Shown: positions 10,014 through 21,271 of the stretch, piece by piece | Position numbering within the stretch: the stretch's first letter is position 1 | Layout: every line of letters begins with the position of its first letter | Source of the DNA: Defluviitaleaceae bacterium | Lineage (GTDB): Bacteria; Bacillota; Clostridia; Lachnospirales; WRAX01 | Direction: 5' to 3' | Assembly (NCBI GenBank): GCA_009779935.1 | Contig: WRAX01000001.1 | Location: 37,758-101,757, forward strand | Length of the DNA: 64,000 bases | Made by a program: the position numbers and the translations under genes | Notes under the pieces: generated by a model | What the model was told of the DNA's origin: nothing | The model's database searches: none | Seen by the model: the letters and a program-made list of their open reading frames with translations, nothing else

Positions 10014-10927
10014 ATACAGACCGAATTAAAAACATAATGATAGTGCTTTTGTCTGCTGCAATTGTAGCTTTTTCTGTTTTAATTGTGATGGAGGGGGACA
10101 GGTATACCCTAACCGTTGCAATGGAAGAGAATGTGGCAGCAGTGCTCGATAGGAACAACATGAGCATATCAACAGAAATTGTACGGGATTTTAACCCACG
10201 CCGCCAGCTTAGTTTAGAATTTTATGATTACGATTTGGAAGGGATTGCTGCACGCTTTTTTGGTGATGCCGTACCCCCAAGGGAATTTATGCAAAACACA
10301 ATTGAATATTATTGCGAGCATACAGGCAAAATTATGACCCATAACAACCGAAGCGGCTCCATATTTTTCGGTGTTCCAAACGGCATGTTTGTCGGTGTTT
10401 GCGGGGGTGATTTTTATAAAAATGCCGCATCTGCTGAAGCCCTTGCCCGCACCTTTGTGGAAGAGGTTTTGGGTGCGGATGTAATGCCCTTACATTCCAC
10501 CATACTAACAAGGCAAGGTAATTATGTTATAACATTTTTTGAAGGTTATGGGGATTATTTGATGTTTAACAACCAAATCCGTGTACGCATAACTGACATG
10601 GGTGTTGTTTATGTTTTCTACTCCCGCATGCAAAGCCATGGTTTTGCGGGATATGCCCAACCCATTTTTTCGGCGGATGAAATGCTTATTACCTTGCTTG
10701 CCCACCTGCGGGCAGAAGGTTATGAGAAGCAGGACCATATAAGCGTTATAGACATGCAATTGGTTTATGCTTTTGATGCCCACGCAGGCATATCCCGTGG
10801 TGTGCCCGCATATTTTTTCACCATATCCATCGGTACGGAGGTTTGGATTTATTACCGTGTTTTTAATGCCCATACAGGCCGCCCCATACATGGCGAAACC
10901 ACCTTAATCAGCGGGCCGCATTTATAA
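10010..10927 (+). CDS. Membrane-anchored extracytoplasmic protein (YycI-like, tentative)
   Basis: ATGA start/stop overlap with the upstream gene. The N-terminus (RIKNIMIVLLSAAIVAFSVLIV) resembles YycI-type anchors. Confidence 0.35.
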   Translation: MNTDRIKNIMIVLLSAAIVAFSVLIVMEGDRYTLTVAMEENVAAVLDRNNMSISTEIVRDFNPRRQLSLEFYDYDLEGIAARFFGDAVPPREFMQNTIEYYCEHTGKIMTHNNRSGSIFFGVPNGMFVGVCGGDFYKNAASAEALARTFVEEVLGADVMPLHSTILTRQGNYVITFFEGYGDYLMFNNQIRVRITDMGVVYVFYSRMQSHGFAGYAQPIFSADEMLITLLAHLRAEGYEKQDHISVIDMQLVYAFDAHAGISRGVPAYFFTISIGTEVWIYYRVFNAHTGRPIHGETTLISGPHL

Positions 10928-10932
10928 AAAAA

Positions 10933-10957
10933 TCACCCAAATAAGGGTGATTTTTTT
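10933..10957. terminator. Bidirectional rho-independent terminator
   Basis: tcaccc-aaataa-gggtga stem-loop flanked by an A-run (10925-10932) and a T-run (10951-10957). Confidence 0.75.
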
Positions 10958-10968
10958 AGTTGCGGGCT

Positions 10969-11077
10969 AATACCAATTCCATTCTCAATCATGGAAAAGC
11001 ACATTTTGAAAACGCACTGAAACCTGCGATTTTCAAAATATCCTTTTCCATGTTTCGAATTGGAATTGGTATCAGTA
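10969..11077. repeat. Long imperfect inverted repeat (extended hairpin of about 104 nt)
   Basis: Paired segments: 10970-10980 with 11062-11072 (11 bp perfect), 10991-10999 with 11043-11051, 11003-11012 with 11030-11039, and 11013-11015 with 11026-11028. The loop is 11016-11025. Confidence 0.7.
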
Positions 11078-11078
11078 G

Positions 11079-11243
11079 CTACCTGCCGCCCATCATCATC
11101 ATAAGCATCAACATCATCATATTGTCACCACCAAAGGCATGTGGGTTCATCATCATCATAAGCATGAACATCATCATCATGTCATTGCCGCCCGGATGTG
11201 GGTGTGGCATGTGGTGGTGGGTGCCGCTAATTGGATTGCTCAT
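11079..11243 (-). CDS. 54-aa Met/His-rich peptide (MSNPISGTHHHMPHPHPGGNDMMMMFMLMMMMNPHAFGGDNMMMLMLMMMMGGR)
   Basis: AGGAGG lies 8 nt upstream of the ATG (11243-11241). The stop TAG is at 11081-11079. There is an internal two-fold repeat. It falls below the ORF-track size cutoff. Confidence 0.5.
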   Translation of the reverse strand: MSNPISGTHHHMPHPHPGGNDMMMMFMLMMMMNPHAFGGDNMMMLMLMMMMGGR

Positions 11244-11352
11244 AGGAAATTCCTCCTGATTTGATAATCATTCTAAACTATCCTATGAGATATTTGGCGA
11301 ATATTGCTTGTCACCAAAAAATAGTACGAACTGTGGTGTACAATATGCGCCG

Positions 11353-12264
11353 CTACCTTGGTTTTATGGGCAACAGAAGGTCCAGTTGTTTTTCACCTGC
11401 GGGGATGTTTGGCGAGATAAAGTCCTCGTAATTCATCACCATCTCCTCCAACCATTGCCGGGCAAAGTCATTTTCATATTTTTCGCTTTGTGTGGACCAA
11501 TTGTACAAGGCCTCCCAACGCTCTCCAATTTCATTCATATTGGCGGAAACGCTGGCGAATAAGCCACCTGCAAAGCTTTTTTTAACAAAGGGGGCAGGCA
11601 CCACAAAATCATCGGGAATTGTCGTCCACAACTCGTAACCATATCGGGGGGATGACTGGCAGGGTTCGGGGTTATTAAATCCAAAACTGCGGTGGCCTGC
11701 ACGGGTGTGCAGCTTATGCTCCAATATAAACGGGTCAAAGATGGCAGAGCAGTCCATCTCCGGCGTTTCGCTTATTACATTGTGGGTGGCAAATGTCATG
11801 GCCGGCAATTCAACAATCCTCACATTTTTCAAGTTCTCCATGGTTATTATCCTTTCGGAGAGGTTAATTTTGGGGATGTCTTCATAAACGGTATCCGCCG
11901 CCGCCAAATGTTGCAGCATTTGGGTTAAATTTTGGCTTTGATGTATGCGCCCTATAATACTTTCCACAATATGGCTTAATGTAGCATACACGGCCGTTTT
12001 TTGCCGCAATTTTTCCAGATGGGAAGTTAGTATTTCAAGTGCCGTTTTTGGGTTATTTGCGGCAAAAATACGCTCGATATCCCCAATGGGCATTTTTAGC
12101 TTGCGCAGCAGCACAATATGCTGGATGCGTGCGGTGTTTTCTTCGTCATAATAACGATAGCCATTTTCTGCACGTTTGCTGGCAAGGATGCCGTTTTGCT
12201 CCCAATGGCGCAGGGTGCGGTTAGATATATTGTGCATTTTGGCAACTTCACCTATTCTAATCAT
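11353..12264 (-). CDS. MerR-family transcriptional regulator with a C-terminal GyrI-like/effector-binding domain
   Basis: MIRIGEVAKMHNISNRTLRHWE is the MerR helix-turn-helix. The start at 12264 follows GAGGAGGGG. The C-terminal ~150 aa resemble small-molecule-binding GyrI-like domains. Confidence 0.8.
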   Translation of the reverse strand: MIRIGEVAKMHNISNRTLRHWEQNGILASKRAENGYRYYDEENTARIQHIVLLRKLKMPIGDIERIFAANNPKTALEILTSHLEKLRQKTAVYATLSHIVESIIGRIHQSQNLTQMLQHLAAADTVYEDIPKINLSERIITMENLKNVRIVELPAMTFATHNVISETPEMDCSAIFDPFILEHKLHTRAGHRSFGFNNPEPCQSSPRYGYELWTTIPDDFVVPAPFVKKSFAGGLFASVSANMNEIGERWEALYNWSTQSEKYENDFARQWLEEMVMNYEDFISPNIPAGEKQLDLLLPIKPR

Positions 12265-12384
12265 GGCTTGCCCCTCCTCTCTATACACTATCATAAACCA
12301 TTACGCCGTGTTAAGGTCAATACCTTTTTGGGACGGGGCAAAAATGGCAGAACAAAAGCCAAAGGGCGGGGACAAGCCCCCGCC

Positions 12385-14838
12385 CTACATGTGTTCTTCG
12401 CTTATTTTGGCAAGGCCTACCACGGTAACGCCTTCTTCCAGGTTAATAAGTTTAACCCCTGCTGCCCCCCTGCCTGTGGTGCGTATGTCGCTAACACGTA
12501 TGCGAATAATAACACCATTGGAGTTTATCAGCATCAGTTCTTCATTATCTGTCACACGGGCTATGCCGATTAGATTGCCCGTTTTTTCGTTGGGTTTGTA
12601 GGCAATCAGTCCCTTACCTCTACGCCCTTGCGCTCTAAATTCCTCTTGGTCGGTACATTTTCCAAATCCTTTTTCGGATACAAACAAAAGTTTCATATCC
12701 TCGCAGGCAATTTCTGCCCCGATAACATAGTCATCTTCATCCAGCTTCATGGACAAGCTGCCCATGGACTGCCTGCCGGTGGTGCGCACGGCACTTTCCG
12801 CAAAGCGCAAACCCTTGCCTTTGCTGCTGGATATGAATATATCATCATCCCCCGTGGTTTGGATTGCTGCCACAAGGCTGTCACCGTCTTTAATATTAAT
12901 TGCCAAAAGCCCGTTTTTGTTGGTTTTTTGGAAGGCGGATAAAGGCGTGCGCTTGATAACGGCAGAGCGGGTAACCATGGTTAGGTATCCCTGTGTATAA
13001 TCACTAACCGGCATGGCGGCGGCTATTTTCTCCCCTTCGCTAAGCTTTAATAGGTTAACAATTGCCGTACCCTTAGCGGATCTTCCGGATTCCGGTATTT
13101 GGTAGCCCCGCAATTTGAAGGCCCGCCCCATGGTGGTTATAAACAAAATATCATCATGGGTGGAGGATATGAAGATTTTTTTAATAAAATCCTCATCCCG
13201 GGTGGTAAGGCCTAAAACGCCCTTGCCACCCCTGCTTTGGGTTTTATATGTGTCCAGGGTTGTGCGCTTTACATAATCCAAATGGGTTAGGGTGATAACG
13301 CACATGCCCTCCTCAATCAAATCCTCAATATCAATTTCGCTGTCATCATGCAGGATGGCGGTGCGGCGGCCGTCCCCGAATTTATCACGGATAAGGATGA
13401 TTTCATCTTTAATAACGCCCAAAAGCTTCATCTCATCCGCTAAAATGGATTTTAAGTATTCGATGGTAGCGGTTAACTTGTCAAACTCATCTTGCAACCG
13501 CTCCCGTTCTAATCCGGATAGGGCACGCAGGCGCATTTCCACAATGGCATCTGCCTGCTCTTGGGTAAAACCAAAACGCTCCATAATTTCCGGTTTGGAG
13601 CCGTCGTTTACGCTTCTGTGCTTGCGTATTATGGCAATAATTTCGTCAATAAAATCTAAGGCTTTCAGGAAACCCTCCACAAGATGGATGCGCCTTTGTG
13701 CTTTTGCCAAATCAAAATTGGTGCGGCGTGTTACCACATCTTTTTGATGGTCCAGATAATAGGCTAACATTTGTTTAAGGTTTAGCACCCGTGGCTCGCC
13801 ATTAACAAGGGACAGCATGTTTACGCCAAAGCTTTCTTGCAGCTGGGTGTATTTGTACAGCAAATTAAGCACCACATGGGCATTGGCATCTTTTTTAAGC
13901 TCGATAACCACCCGCACGCCGTTTCGGTCACTTTCATCCCTTATATCGCTTATGCCTTCAATTTTTTTGTCCTTTACCAGCTCTGCCACTTTTTCCTGCA
14001 TTTTGCCTTTGTTTACTTGGTAGGGCATTTGGGTAACGATTATGGCTTCCCTGCCGCCTGCCATCTGTTCTATATCACAGGTTGCACGCATAACAACACG
14101 CCCACGCCCCGTTGTATAGGCAGATTTAATGCCGCTAACCCCAAGGATATTTGCACCCGTAGGAAAGTCAGGGCCCGTTACAATGCGTAAAAGCTCCTCA
14201 ATCTCCGTTTCCCGCCCTTCTTCCACAAAGTTATCAATAATTTTAACAACGGCATTTATAACCTCTGTTAAATTATGGGGCGGTATGTTGGTTGCCATGC
14301 CCACCGCAATACCGGACGAGCCATTAACAAGTAAATTGGGATAGCGTGCAGGCAACACCCGTGGCTCTTTTAACTCCTCGGTGTAGTTGGGTGCAAATTC
14401 CACAGTATCTTTTTCTATATCGGTTATCATTTCCATGGATATGGGCGATAGACGGGCTTCTGTATAACGCTCTGCCGCCGCCTCGTCCCCGTCCATGGAG
14501 CCAAAGTTGCCGTGGCCATCCACCAGCATATAGCGCATAGAAAAATCCTGCGCCATGCGCACCAAAGCATCATAAATTGACGAATTGCCATGGGGATGGT
14601 ATTTACCCATAACATCACCCGTTATACGGGCGCATTTTTTATAGGGTTTGTTAGGCTCCAAATTAAGCTCGTTCATAGAATACAAAATGCGCCTATGCAC
14701 GGGCTTTAAGCCGTCCCGCACATCGGGCAAAGCCCTTGCCACAATAACCGACATGGCATAGTCGATATAAGACTTGCGCATCTCGTCTGCTATATTTGTG
14801 GTTATTATTTTGTCTGTTTTTTGGTTTTCGTCCATCAC
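12385..14838 (-). CDS. gyrA: DNA gyrase subunit A
   Basis: 817 aa with [23 protein letters not shown] and the QRDR region [11 protein letters not shown]. Confidence 0.98.
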   Translation of the reverse strand: MMDENQKTDKIITTNIADEMRKSYIDYAMSVIVARALPDVRDGLKPVHRRILYSMNELNLEPNKPYKKCARITGDVMGKYHPHGNSSIYDALVRMAQDFSMRYMLVDGHGNFGSMDGDEAAAERYTEARLSPISMEMITDIEKDTVEFAPNYTEELKEPRVLPARYPNLLVNGSSGIAVGMATNIPPHNLTEVINAVVKIIDNFVEEGRETEIEELLRIVTGPDFPTGANILGVSGIKSAYTTGRGRVVMRATCDIEQMAGGREAIIVTQMPYQVNKGKMQEKVAELVKDKKIEGISDIRDESDRNGVRVVIELKKDANAHVVLNLLYKYTQLQESFGVNMLSLVNGEPRVLNLKQMLAYYLDHQKDVVTRRTNFDLAKAQRRIHLVEGFLKALDFIDEIIAIIRKHRSVNDGSKPEIMERFGFTQEQADAIVEMRLRALSGLERERLQDEFDKLTATIEYLKSILADEMKLLGVIKDEIILIRDKFGDGRRTAILHDDSEIDIEDLIEEGMCVITLTHLDYVKRTTLDTYKTQSRGGKGVLGLTTRDEDFIKKIFISSTHDDILFITTMGRAFKLRGYQIPESGRSAKGTAIVNLLKLSEGEKIAAAMPVSDYTQGYLTMVTRSAVIKRTPLSAFQKTNKNGLLAINIKDGDSLVAAIQTTGDDDIFISSSKGKGLRFAESAVRTTGRQSMGSLSMKLDEDDYVIGAEIACEDMKLLFVSEKGFGKCTDQEEFRAQGRRGKGLIAYKPNEKTGNLIGIARVTDNEELMLINSNGVIIRIRVSDIRTTGRGAAGVKLINLEEGVTVVGLAKISEEHM

Positions 14839-14849
14839 TTTTACCTTTC

Positions 14850-15077
14850 CTATACGATTTGATATGTCTTGTATATGGCTGGTCTGTACATAGGTTCAGG
14901 AATTTCTTTTCCTATGGATTCCGCCGCATCAATCCATAATTCAATTGCGATCAAAACTTCTCTCGCTGCTTCTTCGGGCGTTTCGCCAAAAGCAGAGCAA
15001 CCTCTCAAATCAGGTACATCAGCAATAAAGCCATCGTCGTCTTTGCTATAAAATATATTGATATGATACTTAAACAT
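14850..15077 (-). CDS. hicB: HicB-family antitoxin (short form)
   Basis: 75 aa. The motif [28 protein letters not shown] is typical of the HicB N-terminal domain. It lies 2 nt downstream of hicA. Confidence 0.8.
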   Translation of the reverse strand: MFKYHINIFYSKDDDGFIADVPDLRGCSAFGETPEEAAREVLIAIELWIDAAESIGKEIPEPMYRPAIYKTYQIV

Positions 15078-15079
15078 AA

Positions 15080-15328
15080 TTAATCCTCCATCTGCAAATT
15101 GTATTGGTCAACATAGCCCAAAAACTCATTAACTTGATAGGGTTTCGCTTCACCCTTCACATTTTGGATACTCAACAATTCAACAACATATGGATGTTTA
15201 TAGATTCTGTGACTGCCATTCGTCCTGTGCAACTTAAAACCAAAGGATTCTATCAGTCGCACAAAATCATTAAAACTCACATTTTTAGAGCCATTCATAA
15301 CAACCAGCAATAATTTCTTTTTGTTCAT
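15080..15328 (-). CDS. hicA: HicA-family mRNA interferase toxin
   Basis: 82 aa with FVRLIESFGFKLHRTNGSHRIYKH (HicA/YcfA signature). Confidence 0.8.
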   Translation of the reverse strand: MNKKKLLLVVMNGSKNVSFNDFVRLIESFGFKLHRTNGSHRIYKHPYVVELLSIQNVKGEAKPYQVNEFLGYVDQYNLQMED

Positions 15329-15438
15329 TTTTTAACTCCACCAAACTTATTAGCGAATTGCATCAAGCTTTCGATGCTTTCTGGATTTTTCATAAGCTCA
15401 GGTATAAGATTCCTGAGCATCTCTTGCTCCGTATCCAT
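15325..15438 (-). CDS. Possible 37-aa micro-ORF (MDTEQEMLRNLIPELMKNPESIESLMQFANKFGGVKK)
   Basis: Its stop TGA overlaps the hicA ATG (ATGA coupling). The RBS is weak. It is supported only by ORF geometry. Confidence 0.25.
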   Translation of the reverse strand: MDTEQEMLRNLIPELMKNPESIESLMQFANKFGGVKK

Positions 15439-15443
15439 TTTCT

Positions 15444-15647
15444 TTAATTGTGTTTGTTTTTCATTTCTAACTCCATCATTTCCATTCGATGTTCGTGTTC
15501 TTTTATCAGTTTTTCAAGAGCTGATTGGTTTTCTTTGTCTAGTTTTTTCAAATCAGTCTTATTTTTGTGTCTAGCACCTAGATATGCTAATATGGGTCCA
15601 ACAACGGTTAACGAAGCTGTAACTACTTGAAAAGTGTTTATTTCCAT
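15444..15647 (-). CDS. Small membrane protein, unknown function
   Basis: The likely start at 15647 (MEINTFQV...) follows AGGGG just after the gyrB stop. It has one TM helix and a charged coiled tail. Confidence 0.4.
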   Translation of the reverse strand: MEINTFQVVTASLTVVGPILAYLGARHKNKTDLKKLDKENQSALEKLIKEHEHRMEMMELEMKNKHN

Positions 15648-15657
15648 TTTGATACCC

Positions 15658-17601
<1,944 letters not shown>

Positions 17602-17732
17602 TCATTCAATTTTCAAAAGCTTAACTGTATGATTATACCACAAAACCCCCGTTGGCACAAGCTTTTTTTGCCTTATTTACTGCAAACAAAAGCAAGCTTT
17701 GGCGAAAAATGATAAAAAGTGTAAAAAAGTTA

Positions 17733-17761
17733 TTGACATCGGGAGTAAGATTTGGTAAAAT
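17733..17761 (+). promoter_or_regulatory. Sigma-A promoter (TTGACA-17-TGgTAAAAT) for the ABC transporter operon
   Basis: -35 at 17733-17738 and -10 at 17756-17761, followed by a leader of about 215 nt. Confidence 0.6.
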
Positions 17762-17921
17762 TATGTAAAGTGGTTGACAAAGATGCTTGGATATGCCAAA
17801 ATCTTAGCAAGCAAGCGAATCTATCTAAACGTAATTCTTTGCTCGCCCTCCGAAAGGGGGTGCTCAAAGTGGATATGTTATAGCTATTATATTCTTCTTG
17901 ATTTACTGGTAATATTTTACA

Positions 17922-17961
17922 ATACCAAACTCCGTTGCTTGTCTGCCACGGAGTTTGGTAT
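17922..17961 (+). promoter_or_regulatory. Perfect 13-bp stem-loop in the ABC-transporter leader (possible attenuator or binding site)
   Basis: ataccaaactccg (17922-17934) pairs with cggagtttggtat (17949-17961). Only a short T-tract follows it. Confidence 0.3.
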
Positions 17962-17984
17962 ATTTCAAGAAAAGGGGATTGCTA

Positions 17985-18722
17985 ATGAAGATGGCTTTGG
18001 AAATCAATGAACTATCCAAAAATTATGACAGTTTTCATCTGGATAGCATTAGCTTTAATGTGCCAATGGGCAAAATTGTTGGCCTAATTGGCGCAAATGG
18101 CGCAGGCAAAACCACAACGCTTAATTTGATACAAAATAATATACGCAAAGACAGCGGCCAAGTGCTATTTTTTGGCAACCCCAGTGAGGACAGATTGCCA
18201 CAGAGCGTAGCGGTGGTGGCAGACACCATTTTATACGATGAAACATGGAGCATAAGTCAACTTAGTAAAATCGTGCAAAAATTTCACAAAAACTGGGATA
18301 ATATGGAATTTGAACGTTTGCTTGGCAAATTTAGGCTTGCTGCTGGCAAAAAAATAAGCCAGTTAAGCAAGGGCATGGGTATTAAGCTGATGATTGCCGT
18401 AGCAATTGCCCAAAACGCCCGGCTTTTGATTTTAGACGAACCCACCAGTGGGCTGGATCCCATGGCAAGGGATGACATATGCCAAATTTTACTTGATTTT
18501 GTGGCGGAGGGGGATAAAAGCGTGCTTTTATCCACCCATATCACCCATGACTTGGAAAAAGCGGCGGATGAGGTGGTTTTTTTAGTAAACGGGCAAGTTC
18601 GCCTTAACGACAGAAAACACAGTATTTTGGAAAAACATTCCAACGACCGGTTAAAGACCTTGGATGATATAATTTTACACTTACATGAAGGGAAGTGGGC
18701 GGCCGATGGGCAAGGTGCTTAG
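17985..18722 (+). CDS. ABC transporter ATP-binding protein (ABC-2 type)
   Basis: Walker A GANGAGKTT, signature LSKGMG and Walker B LLILDEP. The start at 17985 follows AAGGGGA. Confidence 0.9.
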   Translation: MKMALEINELSKNYDSFHLDSISFNVPMGKIVGLIGANGAGKTTTLNLIQNNIRKDSGQVLFFGNPSEDRLPQSVAVVADTILYDETWSISQLSKIVQKFHKNWDNMEFERLLGKFRLAAGKKISQLSKGMGIKLMIAVAIAQNARLLILDEPTSGLDPMARDDICQILLDFVAEGDKSVLLSTHITHDLEKAADEVVFLVNGQVRLNDRKHSILEKHSNDRLKTLDDIILHLHEGKWAADGQGA

Positions 18723-19362
18723 TTTTGCGGCACTTGATATACTAAGCCTTAAAAATGGTTTTGGTATAAAAGCATTGGTCATTTTTGCGACGATTTCCGT
18801 GGGTGGTTGGTTTATCATGGGGCTGGACGGCATTTCCTTTGGCGGCACTTTTATCATTCCCCTTATTGCCACCCAAGCTTTTACAGCAGGCAACAACGGG
18901 CTTGATAGGTTTTATGTCACCCTATCCCTTTCCCGTAAAGATGTGCTACTTGGCAGGTATACTTTTGTATCAATTGCCATGCTTACAATTATTGCCTTTT
19001 ATTTTGCGGTGGGTGGGTTTTTGATGCTTTTTACTGACCGGGTTACGGGCTTATCTCATTTGCCCATGCTTGTTTCTGTTTATTTTTTGGCTAATTTAAT
19101 TACGTCGATAACATTGCCGTTTTTGTTTGGGCTGGGTTTTAAGCGTGCCAGACCTATCACCCATTTTTTGCCGCTAAAAACCATATTGCTTATAATGTTG
19201 ATTGAAAGGCAGTTGGCAAACGGGCTTGTGTACAGTGTTGTGCAGATTTTAGGGTCTGTTTCAGGCGGCTTGGTTGCACTTATTGTCATTGTAACCTCTT
19301 TGATGATTTTTGGAGCATCCATGCTAATCTCCATGGCACTATACAAAAAGCGGGAGTTGTAG
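18706..19362 (+). CDS. ABC-2 type transporter permease
   Basis: Multi-TM ORF overlapping the ATPase stop. The family is inferred from context. Confidence 0.6.
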   Translation: MGKVLSFAALDILSLKNGFGIKALVIFATISVGGWFIMGLDGISFGGTFIIPLIATQAFTAGNNGLDRFYVTLSLSRKDVLLGRYTFVSIAMLTIIAFYFAVGGFLMLFTDRVTGLSHLPMLVSVYFLANLITSITLPFLFGLGFKRARPITHFLPLKTILLIMLIERQLANGLVYSVVQILGSVSGGLVALIVIVTSLMIFGASMLISMALYKKREL

Positions 19363-19385
19363 TTGTAGTTGTAGTTGTAGCAAAA

Positions 19386-19421
19386 AAGCCGTTGCGCACA
19401 GTTGCAACGGCTTTTTGTTTT
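19386..19421. terminator. Bidirectional rho-independent terminator
   Basis: aagccgttgc / gcaacggctt 10-bp stem flanked by A- and T-runs, between convergent genes. Confidence 0.8.
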
Positions 19422-19425
19422 TGGG

Positions 19426-20625
19426 TTAATCCACCAAAACAGGGTTAAAACACTCACGCCATGGTAGGCCCCATTTGTTTAGGGCTTCCATAAACGGGTC
19501 CGGGTCAAATTCTTCCACATTAAACACGCCGGCATCTTTCCAAATGCCTTTCATCATAAGCATTGCGCCTATCATGGCCGGCACACCTGTGGTGTAGGAA
19601 ATAGCCTGGCTGCCCACTTCCTTATAGCACTCCTGATGGTCACAAATATTGTAAAGGTAGTAGGTTTTTGGCTTGCCATCTTTAATGCCTTGGAAAATGC
19701 AGCCAATGTTGGTTTTGCCGTGGGTGCGGGGCCCAAGGCTGGCAGGGTCCGGTAGTACGGCCTTCAAAAATTCGATTGGTGCAATTTGCTGGCCGTTAAA
19801 ATCAATTGGCTCTATGGATGTCATACCAACATTTTCCAGCACATTTAGATGGGTGATGTATTTTTGCCCAAATGTCATAAAAAAGCGGATTTTTTTAAGC
19901 CCCTTGATGTTTTTCACAAGGGATTCCAACTCCTCATGGTACAGCAGATACATATCTTTTTTGCCAACTTCTGCAAAATCATATTCCCTTTTAATTTCCA
20001 GCGGCTCGGTTTCAATCCATTCCCCATTTTCCCAGTATTTACCTTTGGATGTAATTTCACGGATATTAATTTCCGGGTTAAAGTTGGTGGCAAAGGGGTA
20101 GCCATGGTCGCCGCCATTGGCATCCAGTATATCAATTTGGTGTATTTCGTCAAAATGGTGCTTCATGGCGTAAGCGGAGAAAACTTGGGTAACGCCCGGG
20201 TCAAAACCGCTGCCAAGCAGTGCCATCAAGCCTTTTTCCTTAAACCTGTCATGGTATGCCCATTGCCATTTGTATTCAAATTTAGCAGTGTCTTTTGGTT
20301 CGTAATTGGCGGTATCTAGGTAATGCACGCCGGTTTCCAAGCAGGCATCCATAATTGTTAAATCTTGGTAGGGCAGTGCCAGGTTTATCACAAGCTCGGG
20401 CTTAAAATTGTTGATAAGTGCAACAAGTTCCGGCACATTATCTGCATCCACCTGTGCGGTGGTTATTTTTACGCCCTTGCCGCCCCATTTTTCTGCAAGC
20501 TCGTCACATCTTGCTTTGGTGCGGCTTGCAATCATAAGCTCGCTAAAAACCTCACTGTTTTGCACGCATTTGGCAACGGCCACGCTGGCCACGCCGCCAG
20601 CACCGATAATTAAAGCTTTTCCCAT
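19426..20625 (-). CDS. Saccharopine dehydrogenase-family protein, probably carboxynorspermidine/carboxyspermidine dehydrogenase
   Basis: MGKALIIGAGGVASVAVAK Rossmann N-terminus, ~399 aa, AGGAGG RBS at the 20625 start. It neighbours speB, giving a polyamine context. Confidence 0.7.
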   Translation of the reverse strand: MGKALIIGAGGVASVAVAKCVQNSEVFSELMIASRTKARCDELAEKWGGKGVKITTAQVDADNVPELVALINNFKPELVINLALPYQDLTIMDACLETGVHYLDTANYEPKDTAKFEYKWQWAYHDRFKEKGLMALLGSGFDPGVTQVFSAYAMKHHFDEIHQIDILDANGGDHGYPFATNFNPEINIREITSKGKYWENGEWIETEPLEIKREYDFAEVGKKDMYLLYHEELESLVKNIKGLKKIRFFMTFGQKYITHLNVLENVGMTSIEPIDFNGQQIAPIEFLKAVLPDPASLGPRTHGKTNIGCIFQGIKDGKPKTYYLYNICDHQECYKEVGSQAISYTTGVPAMIGAMLMMKGIWKDAGVFNVEEFDPDPFMEALNKWGLPWRECFNPVLVD

Positions 20626-20678
20626 ATTATTTCCTCCTGTTATTTTAATGTAATCCGGCACACCCTATTATAAACACT

Positions 20679-21185
20679 TCACAAATTTAATTTATATACG
20701 AATGTGGGATATACAATATCTGTACCACTTTTCTTAAACGAACTTTCTCCATTAATGAAAAAACCGCATTTCTCCAACACCTTAATTGATGCTTTGTTTT
20801 CCTTGGCAACGGGTGCTGTGATGAATTTAATGCCCAACTCACGAGCAAAATCAATTAAGGCATTAACCATTTCGCCGGCATAACCATTGCCCCAATAGTC
20901 TTTTTTAACATTGTAGCCGATGGAATACTCATTTGCAGCGGCGTTTTCAAATCCCAAGCTGCAAGTGCCCATTATTTCATCACAATTTGTGCGAAACGCC
21001 ACAAAGTAATAAACAGGGCAATCAGGGTCCTCTTCAAGAATCTCTGTTATTTCGGAACCGCTTTTGTAATTTGGGTCGGGCATATATTTACCGCTTTCAA
21101 CATCGCCCCAGATGGATGCAACGGCATCTAAATCCTCTTGCTTTGTGGTTCTAAGTAATAATCTTTGTGTGTTAATTCTTAGCAT
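20679..21185 (-). CDS. GNAT-family N-acetyltransferase (RimJ/RimL-like)
   Basis: 168 aa with RLLLR...WGNGYAGE... motifs. Confidence 0.8.
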   Translation of the reverse strand: MLRINTQRLLLRTTKQEDLDAVASIWGDVESGKYMPDPNYKSGSEITEILEEDPDCPVYYFVAFRTNCDEIMGTCSLGFENAAANEYSIGYNVKKDYWGNGYAGEMVNALIDFARELGIKFITAPVAKENKASIKVLEKCGFFINGESSFKKSGTDIVYPTFVYKLNL

Positions 21186-21271
21186 GCGGTGGCACCTCCA
21201 TTTAGAACGTATACTGATAAGGGCGGAAATAACACTATTTTGTTTGTTATTAGCTGTTGTGGTGATTTTCT

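Noticed and set aside
10960-11259. 99-aa + strand ORF (Ile-rich: ...IIIISINIIILS...)
   Set aside because: It is the mirror image of the ATG-repeat region. It has no RBS and runs through the long hairpin. The minus-strand 54-aa ORF with AGGAGG explains the region better.
19356-19379. (GTTGTA)x4 hexanucleotide repeat overlapping the ABC permease stop codon
   Set aside because: The repeat is real. Every unit contains an in-frame TAG, so copy-number change would not alter the protein. No function is evident.
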